DNA of 64,000 bases from Eledone cirrhosa (taxonomy: Eukaryota), in NCBI GenBank assembly GCA_964016885.1, contig OZ024740.1:314464001-314528000 (forward strand). Direction: 5' to 3'. A program made the translations under genes and the position numbers. Shown one piece after another: positions 12,680 through 24,737 of this stretch (position 1 is its first letter; each line of letters opens with the position of its first letter). The notes beneath the pieces were generated by a model. That model was given only the letters and a program-made list of their open reading frames with translations, made no database searches and was not told where the DNA came from.

Positions 12680-13140
12680 CATCATCATCATCATCGTTTA
12701 ACGTCCGTGTTCCACGCTTGCATGGGTTTGGACGGGAGTTTTCCCACTTGAGGCAAGAGTGATTGTCTTGCTCGCATAGGACTGTCTGGCGGGTTTTCTA
12801 CAGCTGGATGCCCTTCCTAACACCAACCACATTTACAGTATGGGGCTGGGAGGTTTTTACTGTGTTGCCTACACGGCCACATTACAGCGTGGACTGTGTT
12901 TTTTTGTCGTGACACCTACACGACCTCATTTGTTTCGGCCTGGATGTTGTGGCACCAACATAACTTTACATTGAAAGGGGCGGTGTGGATGTGGTGGGGG
13001 TGCTGGGACGGGGGTGTATTTTGTTAGAGATGCCTACTGACTGTAGTAGGTTTTACTTTGTATTTAGGTAAGGCGGGTCTTCTCTATTACTGAGTACCAC
13101 CAAAGGTCTCGGTCCAGTGACATTGTCTTGGAGAGGTGTT
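12680..13140 (-). mobile_element. Non-autonomous bipartite RTE derivative (5' UTR joined to 3' tail)
   Basis: Contains GGATGCCCTTCCTAACACCAACCAC (reverse complement of the RTE 5' UTR seen at ~27890-27920) next to the RTE 3' end with a (GAT)n tail; close homolog at 59700-60185. Confidence 0.65.
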
Positions 13141-13239
13141 AGTGTAAGGTGAAAATATAAGAATATATATTGAAAAATAAATTGAGAATGAATAGATATA
13201 AGTAGAAAATAGAAAAATAGAAAAATATAGATAGAAGAA

Positions 13240-15550
13240 TAAATATATGAATAGAGGAATGGATATATGAGTGGATATATTGGTATATTCTGTTATAGAT
13301 AATTATTTTAATAATTTGAGGGATACTGGTTTATATATTTAGTGTAAGTAATTAAATTAAGTTTTGAAAGATCTATTTAGCCATAATTAGTTATTGGTTA
13401 TATTAAAAAATATTTTAAAATATTTAAAAATATTTAAAAATATAAAAAATATTTTAAAATATTTAAAAATATTAGAAAATTAATATTAAAAAATATATAA
13501 TATAAAAATATTAAAATTCTGGAAAAATTCTAGGAAAAATTTCAGGAAAAAAGTTTTTTTTTATATTTTAAGAATCTGGAAAAAAGTTTTTAAAATTTTT
13601 TTTAAGAATCTCACTCCAAAACCATTTTTAAAAAACCATTTTTAAAAAAAAAAAATTATTTTAAATGTTTAAGATTATTCAAAAAATTTAAAAGCACTTA
13701 AAAATATTTAAAATATTTAAAAAACATTTTAAAAACATTTAAAAAATACTTTAAAATACTTTAAAAATATTAAACTTCAAACAAAATAATTTTTATGATA
13801 ATTTTTTTTAAATCTAAGTAATTTTTAAATAAATGAGATTTTGGAAGTAAAAATAAAAAAGTGAAAAATTTAAGCAGTAAAAAATAAGTAAAAAATAAGT
13901 AAAAATATTAAAAATAAGAAATGTTAATATAAAAAAAAACATTAAAATTAAAGTTAAAATTAAAATTTTTTTAATTTTTGATCGTATATGTATATAAAAT
14001 AAGAAATTTTAATAAGTGGAATATATCGGACAATATGTAGAAAAAGTATAAGTGTAATTATATTTTATATATATTTTTAAGAGTTCTTACATTTAAGTAT
14101 GAAGAAAATTTCCTCAACACACAATTTGCAAAATCTAGATAAAGCTGTGTTTCTGTAGGCAGGTGCTTTTGAAATTACATCCCAAGTTAAAGAATATTCT
14201 GTATTTTTAGATTTTAAGTTCCATATCAAGTTTGTCAGAAGTTGAAGATTGTTTACCAATATTATTAAACGAGCATTTGCGTCCCTTTACCATCTGAGTT
14301 CAAATCCCGCCGAGGTTGACTTTGCCTTTCATCCTTACGGGGTCGATAAAATAAAGTACCAGTAATGCACTGGTAATTGCTGGCCTTGTGCCTAAAGTAG
14401 AAACAATTATTAAACGAGCATTTGTGATTATTGAAACGGGATTTGAAGTCAGTAGAAGTAGAACCTATATAGTTGAATATATGATCATTAGTTTTGACAG
14501 AGCATTTATAGACGACATTTTTATCTAAGCATTTATTTTTTAAAGGACAGTTTGGTTTAATTCTACAATTACATTTAGCAGAGTTGATGTTATTCGGAAC
14601 AGTATTATTAAGTTGGATATTGCTAGAGGTATTAGTGCTATTTTGGTTTAGATTGCTATTATTGATTCTATTTATATTTTGTGCTAAGTTCATAGTAGTA
14701 GAGTAAGATAGTTTTATTGTATGTCTGTTAAATATTGAATGGTATCTATGGGTTTTGGGAAAACATTTATCTAGAGCTTTAAAAAATAGTTTAGCTAGAG
14801 GCGTTTTAATCTTATTATAATTATAATTAATATTATGGTTATTTACCTTATCATTGTTTTCGATGTATTTAATTTTATTTATATTTATATAGCCTGCTCT
14901 ACTTAAAGCTTTATTATAATATTCTGCCTTATCGTCAAATATGTTTTTATTCGCAGAGATTCGAGAAATACGTTGTTGTAGAAAATTTACTATAGTGTTA
15001 GGATGATTGGAGTTGAAGCTTACATAGTTTAAGTTCTCATTAATTTTATCGAATGGATAGTAGAACCCTGTATTAAGGTTTAATGTTACGTCTAAAAAGT
15101 TAACAATTTTGTAGTTATTCCCTATTTCTAACTTAAAGTTGTAGCTATTAAAAAATTGTATTATTGATTTTCTTTTTCTATTTATTTCGGAATTACTATT
15201 ATTTTCAATTAAAAACAGCATCATCACGATATAAACCACCAGTCATCTCCGGTAGTTTTCTATATAGTATATTATTAATAAATAGCACCCCAAGATCCGT
15301 TATCTGCGCCGAGTCTGATGACCCCATGGTGATGTCGAAATTATTTATTCCGTCCGCTCTGCTCCAGAGATGGTTGTTGAAGTTAATTAGGTTTTTCGTG
15401 CAGATAAAATAATATGCATTTCTTCACTAGATAAATCAGTATATTTGGATGCATAGATAAGGGCTTTATTAAGTAAATTGGGAGCGATAGATGAGTAGTA
15501 ATTTGCAATATCCAATTGAATGAATTTTTTGTTATGTTTAAATTTTGTTA
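13240..15550 (-). mobile_element. Decayed Naiad-type Penelope-like element (RT C-half, GIY-YIG, AT-rich 3' UTR)
   Basis: ORF 14265-15239 gives NFLDVTLNL..SNHP..IKLSYSTT..CNCRIKPNCPLKNKCL..VVYKCSV..YIGSTSTDFKSRFNNHK. Upstream frame gives DITMGSSDSAQITDL and downstream frame CKLCVEE. Frameshifted, 5'-truncated at (TA)n. Confidence 0.9.
14280..14405 (+). mobile_element. 5'-truncated family B SINE inserted in the PLE GIY-YIG region, with target-site duplication
   Basis: ATTATTAAACGAGCATTTG occurs at 14261-14279 and again at 14406-14424, flanking the SINE core. Confidence 0.9.
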
Positions 15551-15571
15551 TATATATATATATATAATACT

Positions 15572-16014
15572 AGCAGTGGTACCCGGCGTTGCACGGGATA
15601 AGGTATTTTGGAACGCGGGCCGCCAACAGACCTAATCGTGGAAAAACTGCATGCTTGGACAATATGTAAAGAAAATAAACCGAATACTCTGATGGCTGGA
15701 TAATCTTTAAGATTTTTCTAGATGAAGCAGGAAAAATGCAGGTTTTTCACCTAATGCGGGCCCTAGGGGATCAAGAAAATGAATTTTTTTATGTGCATAA
15801 TATGCCTTGAAAATTCGAGAAAATCGGCTAGACGTAACGCCTCAAAAAGGCCCTAAAAAGCTGAAAAAATGAAGTTTTTCACCTAATGCGGGCCCTAAGG
15901 GATCACAAAGTTGAAGGTTTTATGTGCATAACACTCCCTGAAGCATAAGTAATACACATGTAAAGTTTGAAAAAATCGATTGGGTACTTCTCGAGTTTTA
16001 GGGATGCAGACTCA

Positions 16015-16102
<88 letters not shown>

Positions 16103-16110
16103 TATATATA
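15572..16110 (-). mobile_element. Non-autonomous Helitron-like element
   Basis: Minus-strand 3' end is a CCCGTGCAACGCCGGG hairpin followed by CTAG|T; (CA)n lies near the other end; similar terminus at ~53957. Confidence 0.55.
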
Positions 16111-16132
16111 TGTGCGTGTGTGTGTGTGTGTG

Positions 16133-16160
<28 letters not shown>

Positions 16161-16163
<3 letters not shown>

Positions 16164-16745
16164 TGGAATTTCGTATTTCTAAAGAAATACGGTATGTTTA
16201 TAAATAAACATTTAGAAAGCCGTAGCTATGCAAAAACATCGGCAACTATCGCCTCCTAGTGGTGTCTAGCAGAAGCAACGGGAACAATCGTCGAAGCAGT
16301 TCGATAGCCGCCGGTGTTTTTGCATAGCTACGGCTTTCTAAATGTTTATTTATAAACATACGGCATTTCTTTAGAAATACAAAATTCCAATACATCAGTA
16401 TACAGCTATGCTCGAAGCTAAATTCTAATTCTATTCTTTTATTCTATTCTTTTATAAGTTGAGCCAACTTATACAGCTTCATATGCAAATGCCATTAATC
16501 ACCTTATTTACAAACAAGAAAACTATATATTCTCGCTTGTTTTCAAGTTCAGCAGTTGCAAGAAGAGCGCGACGATTGTTCCCCTTGCGTCTGCTGGACA
16601 CTGCTAGGTGGCGATAGCCGCCGGTGTTTTTGCATAGCTACGGCTTTCTAACTGTTTATTTATTAACCTACCGGATTTCTTTAAAAATACGAAATTCCAA
16701 TACATATCTGTATACAGCTATGCTGGAAGCTAAATTCTAATTATA
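16161..16745. mobile_element. Foldback/MITE-like element with long inverted arms in (TA)n
   Basis: 16161-16245 is the reverse complement of ~16305-16392. A third arm lies at ~16612-16740; further copies at ~18985-19275 and ~39990-40090. Confidence 0.6.
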
Positions 16746-16824
16746 TATATATATTTGACATAGCGAATATAAGATAAGTTGAAAATTTATCAATTTCCTT
16801 CTTTCGGTGTTTATTTATATATAT

Positions 16825-16906
<82 letters not shown>

Positions 16907-17340
16907 TACTAATGTCTGTATTTATATAGCTGTTAATATATATGTACTAATGTCTGTATTTATATAGCTGTTAATATATATATATATATATGTACTAATG
17001 TCTGTTTGTATTTATATAGCTGTTAATATATAAACATTTAAAATGCCATGTTGACCTTTATTACTTAATGGTTGTTTTTAATATAACCGTGGAATTTCCA
17101 CTGTTTAAAACAAAGAAACTTTACTTAGTTAAAATGAAAAATGTACCGTTCTATTGTGACGTAATAATCCAATCTAATATTACGTTTCGTCTAGCTATGC
17201 CTCCATCTCTATCTCTGTATATTTATTTTCTGTGCGTAATTTTTTTATCTCACAACTTTCCTAACAAATCTTCTCTACCAATTCCTCGTAAACGCTCGGC
17301 TGGTTGGCTGGTTAGCTACCTGGCTATGAAGAATAAGTAT

Positions 17341-19445
17341 ATGAATAGAGGAATGGATATATGAGTGGATATATTGGTAAAAAAATTTCTGTAAAAAAGT
17401 TTTTTAAAAAATTTTAAGAATCTGGAAAAAAGTTAAGAATCTCAAAGGATTACTCCAAAAAAACAACCATTTTAAAAAACCATTTTAAAAAACCATTTTA
17501 AAAAAACTTAAATTATTTTAAATGTTTAAGATCATTCAAAAATATTTAAAAGCACTTAAAAATATTTAAAATACTTAAAAAATATTTTTAAATATTTAAA
17601 ATATTTAAAAAACATTTAAAAAACATTTAAAAAATACTTTAAAATACTTTAAAAATATTAAACTTTAAACAAAATAATTTTTTATGATAATAATTTTTAA
17701 GAAATAAGTGATATTTTAAAAAATAATACATTTTTAAATAAATGAGATATTTTGGAAGTAAAAATAAAAAGTGAAAAATTTAAGCAGTAAAGAATAAAGA
17801 TGTAAAAATATTAAGCAGTAAAGGAAAAAGATTTAATAAGTAAAATATTAAAATTAAAATTAAAGTTAAAATAAAAATTTTAAAAATTTTTGATCATACA
17901 TGTATATAAAATAAAAAATTTTAATAAGTGAAAATTATAGGCATTGGAATATATCGGTATATGATCATTCGTTTTGACAGAGCATTTATAGACGACATTA
18001 TTATCTAAGCATTTATTTTTTAAAGGACAGTTTGGTTTAATTCTACAATTACATTTAGCAGAGTTGATGTTATTCGGAACAGTATTATTAAGTTGGATAT
18101 TGCTAGAGGTATTAGTGCTATTTTGGTTTAGATTTCTATTATTGATTCTATTTATATTTTGTGCTAAGTTCATAGTAGTAGAGTAAGATAGTTTTATTGT
18201 ATGTCTGTTAAATATTGAATGGTATCTATGGGTTTTGGGAAAACATTTATCTAGAGCTTTAAAAAATAGTTTAGCTAGAGGTGTTTTAATACTATAGTGT
18301 TCTTAATAGATTTAGGATGATTGGAGTTTAAGCTTACATAGTTTAAGTTCTCATTAATTTTATGGAAATGTTACGTCTAAAAAGTTAACAATTTTGTAGT
18401 TATTCTCTTAAAAAATTGTATTGATTTTCTTTTTCTATTTATTTCGGAATTACTATTATTTTCAATTAAAAACAGCATATCATCACGATATAAACCACCA
18501 GTCATCTCCGGTAGTTTTCTATGTAGTATATTATTAATAAATAGCCCCACAAGATCCGTTATCTGCGCCGAGTCTGATGACCCCATGGTGATGTCGAAAT
18601 TATTTATTCTGTCCGCTCTGCTCCAGAGATGGCTGTTGAATTTAATTAAGGTTTTTCGTGCAGATAAAATATGCATTTCTTCACTAGATAAATCAGTATA
18701 TTTGGATTCATAGATAAGGGCTTATCCGGCGTTGCACGGGATAAGGTATTTTGGAACGCGGGCCGCCAACAGACCTAATCGTGGAAAAGCTGCATGCTTG
18801 GACGATATGTAAAGGAAATAAACACTCTGATGGATAATCTTTTAGATTTTCCTCGATGAAGCAGGAAAAAATGCAGGTTTTCACCTAATGCGAGCCCTAG
18901 GGGATAGGAAAATGAATTTTTTTATGTGCATAATATGCTTTGTGGTGTCCAACAGAAGCGACGGGAATAATTCTCGAAGCATTTCGATAGCCGCCAGTGT
19001 TTTTGCATAGCTATGGCTTTCTAAATGTTTATTTATAAATATACCGTATTTCTTTAGCAATACAAAATTCCAATACATATCAGTATACAGCTATGCTCGA
19101 AGCTAAATTCTAATTCTATTCTGTTATGAGTTGAGCCAACTTATACAGCTTCATATGCAAATGAGATTAATCACCTTATTTACAAACAAGAAAACTATAT
19201 ATTCTCGCCTGTTTTCAAGTCCAGCAGTTGCAAGAGCGGGCTGTATACAGCTATGCTGGAAGCTAAATTCTAATTATATATATATATTTGACATAGAAAA
19301 ATAAGATAAGTTGAAAATTTATTAATTTCCTTCTTTCGGTGTTTATTTATATATATATATAGATATATGTACTAATGTCTGTTTATATTTATATAGCTGT
19401 TAATATATCTATATGTACTAATGTCTATTTGTATTTATATAGCTG

Positions 19446-19450
<5 letters not shown>
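17341..19450. repeat. Internally deleted tandem duplicate of ~13248-17030 (PLE, Helitron and foldback block)
   Basis: Both copies start ATGAATAGAGGAATGGATATATGAGTGGATATATTGGTA and are collinear. The second copy retains DITMGSSDSAQITDLVGL/GGLYRDD and CNCRIKPNCPL but has several deletions. Confidence 0.85.
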
Positions 19451-19495
<45 letters not shown>

Positions 19496-19549
19496 TAAAC
19501 AAATAATGAATAAAACAATGAAACAGTTCCTTATATTAAACAAAAAAAG

Positions 19550-19704
19550 TTCATTATTTAACGATCGTTTCTAGGATATATATGTGTTAGAATTGGCATG
19601 CATATTCAACAGATCTATGTACAAAATTATACAAAATTATACAAACTATCAAGATTAAATATACATACCAAACACACATATATGCCGTCTTCAGAAATAA
19701 TGAA
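19550..19704 (-). ncRNA. Hammerhead ribozyme fold (type I, expanded stem II), inverted copy
   Basis: Reverse complement of 27038-27192. Confidence 0.7.
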
Positions 19705-20306
19705 ATATATTTATTGATAATAACAACAATTCAAAATTTCAGGTCCGTTTGGGAACGGAGTTCAAATTGACCAATGAAAATACAAAAAATTTTTATGCAG
19801 TTTGGTGTGTGTATATACATGTAACTAACTTCTTACACATATTTATACAAAGATATATGCTCAACATGCATACGCATGCCAAAAAGATGTATGCAAATAC
19901 AAAAATTCAAGGCTAATGTCTCTGTAAGTTTATAATCCACAGATAAAATGCGTATAGACACATAAATATGAAATAAGTGTATACACATATTCACATACTC
20001 ACACATATCCGTACACTCACACACGCGCGTATATGCATAAACATACACATAATTACGAACATACATACACACACACACGCCCACACACATATATATGTGG
20101 ATATAATATTATCATAAGCACATGGATATTAATTAATGCACGCACATAAACACTGCCACACACATTTAGATCAAGATACAGAAATTAGGTGGGAGGGGGG
20201 GGAGAGGTATATATATATATATGTATGTGTGTATATATGTGTGTATGTATATATGTATATGTATATATATGTGTGTGTGTGTGTGTTGTATGTGTAGATG
20301 TATATA

Positions 20307-20398
<92 letters not shown>

Positions 20399-21036
20399 CT
20401 TGATATATTTCTTTTTTCTTTTTTCTTTTTCTTTTCTTTTCTTTTTATTTCTAAGTTTATAGATACATCTATAAATAAGCAGTCTGCCGAAACCGTTGAA
20501 TACTGACCTCTCCCCCCCTCCCACCTAATTTCTGTATCTTGATCTAAATGTGTGTGGCAGTGTTTATGTGCGTGCATTAATTAATATCCATGTGCTTATG
20601 ATAATATTATATCCACATATATATGTGTGTGGGGGTGTGTGTGTGTATGTATGTTCGTAATTATGTGTATGTTTATGCATATACGCGCGTTTTTGTTTAA
20701 TATAAGGAACTGTTTCATTGTTTTATTCATTATTTGTTTAATATTTTATCTTGACTCTGTATTCTGTTTATCTTTCACCGAAAGTGATTTTTCATTGCAT
20801 CTCTTCTTTCCATGATATCCGGAATACATTGAGTTCTTCATACGGATTGGACACTACCGTAAACTCTTGGTAGATTTATCTACATAATTTTGCTCCTATT
20901 TTCACGGAAATATTCGTATTTTTGTACTGTATGTGTGTATTAATTTTATATTTATGTATATACATATATATGTATGATTTTGTAAACCCATATACATTTA
21001 GTTGAGCTCTTTCAATTGTCCACCATCCATATCACA

Positions 21037-23481
21037 ATGGAAAAACAATATTTGGGAACCTCTTTAAAAAACATACCAATACCTTCTAAGGATGACTTCT
21101 TACTCCTTATGATTCAAAAAACTAATAATTTTATCAGAAGGGTTAGATGGAGGGCCTACCACTTCGATAAAAAATCTAAACATGCAGATCGGAAATATAT
21201 GTATGATTTCAATACTTGCAAGAATCCACCACACAACTCTTTACTTGAAGACTTTGAGAAAGACCTTTTTAATTTAATTAAACACCTCAAATTTAAAAAG
21301 TATAAATCCGTCTTTCAAAAGGACCTTGATTCTACCCTATTGGACCTAAAAAAGTCTAAAAAAATCCATGTCCACTCGGACAAAACTGGTAACTTGTATC
21401 ACATGGATATTGAACATTATAATGAGTTCATATATAAAGAACTCAGGAAAAATTATAAAAAATCTAATAATGCGTCACTCACCAACATCAACAACAAAAC
21501 ACACAACATAGTAAAAAAACTAAACATTGAAGATAGAACTGAACCTTTGGCATTGAAAAGACCACACTTCAACCTGAAGGATCATAAATCAAACTTTAAC
21601 TCAAATCCTTCTATAAGACTTATATGTCCCTCCAAATCAGATATTGGAATAATTAGCAAAAAAATTTTGGATAGAGTCATCCCACAAATAAGAAAACACG
21701 TTATTTTACCACTCTGGGAAAACACCTCCCAGGTAATTAACTGGTTTAAAAATATTAGATGTAAATCTTCTGCTTCATTTCTACAATTTGATATAGATAA
21801 TTACTATTCTTCTATATCACCTATACTCCTGAACAAAGCATTGATATTTGCTAAAAATAGATCTAACTTAACTTTGGATGACATTAATATTATTACACAT
21901 GCTAGACTAACACTTATTGAATTTCAGAATGAATACTGGACCAGAAACACATATAGTAATCTATTTGATATTACTATGGGTTCAAGCGATTCCGCCCAAA
22001 TTACTGATCTTGTGGGCCTCTTTCTCCTTTTCAACATAAATGCCTCCTTTCCCCACCTTAAAGGTGGTTTATATCGTGATGACTGTCTTCTTCTTTCTAA
22101 CAACCTTAGCCTTTCAGAAATAGAAAAAAACAAAAAACATATTAGAACTTTCCTTAAAGACTATTATAATCTTCATATTACTTTTGAAAAAACAAGTAAA
22201 GTAGTAAATTTCCTAGATATAACTTTAGATTTAGCTACGGGTATCTACCAACCTTACCATAAACCAAACCAAAACTTACATTACATACACTCACAATCTA
22301 ATCACCCTAAATCTATCCTTAAAAACCTTGCATATAATATATCACTTAGAATTTCTAACCTTTCTTCTAACCAAGATGTATTTGATAAAAATGCGACCTT
22401 CTATAACGAAGCTCTAGATAGAAGTGGCCACAAAAATAGATTAGAATATATACCTTCTACTAAAAATACTAAAAACATACAACCTAATATTACCAACAAA
22501 CACCAAATGAAAAGTACACACCTAAATGCCACCCACACTATACCCCAAAATACCAAATCTTCTAATATAAAATATAGTAACTCTCAAAAAACTACTCATC
22601 ATACAACTCTAATAAATATTAATAATAAAACTCCTAATAATAAAAATGATAAAACACCTAAATCTACAAATATAACTAAAAATGGTTGTGGTGAGATCAT
22701 TAACATTAATCCTCCTAGTAAACATCACGATACAACCTATAAAAATAATAAAAATAATAAACAACATAGAAACCGTAATAGACGGGTTACTTGGTATAAT
22801 GCTCCATTTAATTTACAAATTAAGGATAATATTGCTAAAAAAATTTTTTATATCCTAGAGAAAAACTTCCCGCCAAACCACAAATACCATCAAATCTTAA
22901 ATAGGTCTACAGTTAAATTCTCATACTCAACAACAAATAACATAAAACAAAATATAAGTGCCTATAATGCATATAAATGTAAGAAAACCATAAGTATACC
23001 ACCAATACATCAAACTAACCATAATATCTCCTCAAATACAGAATTAACGAAAGGTTGTAACTGTAGAAACAAAGCAAACTGCCCATTAAAAGGGAATTGT
23101 CTTGTTAACAACATAGTCTATAAATGTAATGTTAAAACTAAAGATTCTATTTGCTCATATATAGGAGCTACTTCTAACAATTTTAAGACAAGGTTTAATA
23201 CCCACAAGCATAGTTTTAAAAATGCCGCACTGGCTAATACAACATCTCTAGCAGAAAAAATCAATAGTTATAAAAATAAGAATATAGAATATGATTTGAC
23301 CTGGAGTGTGCTCAAAAGAGCCACCCCTTATCAAAATAATAGAAATGAATGTAGATTATGTTCCCAAGAACTATTTGAAATAATGAAATCTAAGGATATC
23401 CTATTAAATAAACGACAGGAATTAATTATATCGTGTAATCATAAACTAAAAAAAACATTTGAATATTATAAACCTAATTAA
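21037..23481 (+). CDS. Penelope-like (Naiad-type) reverse transcriptase / GIY-YIG endonuclease, ~814 aa from first ATG
   Basis: DKTG motif, IRLICPSKSDIG, QFDIDNYY, DITMGSSDSAQITDLVGL, GGLYRDD, NFLDITL, SNHP, CNCRNKANCPLKGNCL, IVYKCNV..YIGATSNNFKTRFNTHKHSF, CRLCSQE, CNH. No stops; first ATG at 21037. Confidence 0.95.
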   Translation: MEKQYLGTSLKNIPIPSKDDFLLLMIQKTNNFIRRVRWRAYHFDKKSKHADRKYMYDFNTCKNPPHNSLLEDFEKDLFNLIKHLKFKKYKSVFQKDLDSTLLDLKKSKKIHVHSDKTGNLYHMDIEHYNEFIYKELRKNYKKSNNASLTNINNKTHNIVKKLNIEDRTEPLALKRPHFNLKDHKSNFNSNPSIRLICPSKSDIGIISKKILDRVIPQIRKHVILPLWENTSQVINWFKNIRCKSSASFLQFDIDNYYSSISPILLNKALIFAKNRSNLTLDDINIITHARLTLIEFQNEYWTRNTYSNLFDITMGSSDSAQITDLVGLFLLFNINASFPHLKGGLYRDDCLLLSNNLSLSEIEKNKKHIRTFLKDYYNLHITFEKTSKVVNFLDITLDLATGIYQPYHKPNQNLHYIHSQSNHPKSILKNLAYNISLRISNLSSNQDVFDKNATFYNEALDRSGHKNRLEYIPSTKNTKNIQPNITNKHQMKSTHLNATHTIPQNTKSSNIKYSNSQKTTHHTTLININNKTPNNKNDKTPKSTNITKNGCGEIININPPSKHHDTTYKNNKNNKQHRNRNRRVTWYNAPFNLQIKDNIAKKIFYILEKNFPPNHKYHQILNRSTVKFSYSTTNNIKQNISAYNAYKCKKTISIPPIHQTNHNISSNTELTKGCNCRNKANCPLKGNCLVNNIVYKCNVKTKDSICSYIGATSNNFKTRFNTHKHSFKNAALANTTSLAEKINSYKNKNIEYDLTWSVLKRATPYQNNRNECRLCSQELFEIMKSKDILLNKRQELIISCNHKLKKTFEYYKPN

Positions 23482-24010
23482 TAACATTATTTTAGAAATT
23501 AATATATAATTTAATTTAAATGTTAGTTAACCTATAAATTTAATTTAATTAAAATTCTACTACAGATGAGAATATAAAATATTGTGTAATCATAAATTGT
23601 GAAAAACCTTTAAATATTACTAATATATACTTAGTAATTTAATTTATAGATTAATTTTAATTTATTTAACCCTTTATTAAAATTCCTTTACAGATAAAAT
23701 ATAACAAAATATCGTGTATTCAATGACAGAGAAATAATTTTTAGTATTATAGACCTAATTCATATACATTTTAGAAATATATTTATAATTTGGTTTTAAA
23801 TTTAGTCAACCTAAAAATTTAATTTAATTGGCTTAAAATTAGTATCCTAATACAGACGGATTGCAGAGTGTCATGTAATCATAGAATGGGATGTGTTTTG
23901 GATGTATACCTAGTTAATATATTCTTTGCAATTTTTGAAAAAATATGTATATGTATGTATGTATATGTATGTGTATGTTATGTATATATATGTGTATATA
24001 TATATATGTG

Positions 24011-24041
<31 letters not shown>

Positions 24042-24659
24042 TAATTTTGATTTCTATTTGCATATAATTGTATTCTGCTATTGATAAAATACAATATCTG
24101 TTTTATTTATTATATACCTAATTAACATATACTATAGAAATTAATATATAATTTTTAATTTAGTTAACCTATAATTTATATTCTACTACCGATGTAATAC
24201 TTTATTTGTTTTTTTCCCTATTACTAAATTCATTTCCTAATATTGATACCATAACGTTAATAATTTTAATTTAGTTATACTATAATTAATACTCTACTAC
24301 TATTTAACTTCAAAATTCTGCTTCAAATATTATAAACCTAACTAATTTACACCTTAGAAATCAATATGTTAACTATCTTTAGTTTAGTTAACCTATAATT
24401 AATGGTATACTTATTTTGAAATGCATAATTTTGCCTTATTTCTTGCATTTCCTAACACTGAAACTATGTAAAAACATATATTGAGATCCAAATACAGATT
24501 AATATTCTATGTTTCTTGAAACATATATTTACTATAATCCCCTTCTCCACCCCCCCTTTCCCCCATACTATTATCATCTGTATTTGTAAGCGTGTATGTA
24601 TGAATATATATGTAGGTAGGTGTATATATGTTTGGGTGTTTATATCTGAGTATAAAAAT

Positions 24660-24706
24660 ACATATATGCGCATGCAAATAAAAATGTATGATTGTGTGTA
24701 TATATA

Positions 24707-24737
<31 letters not shown>

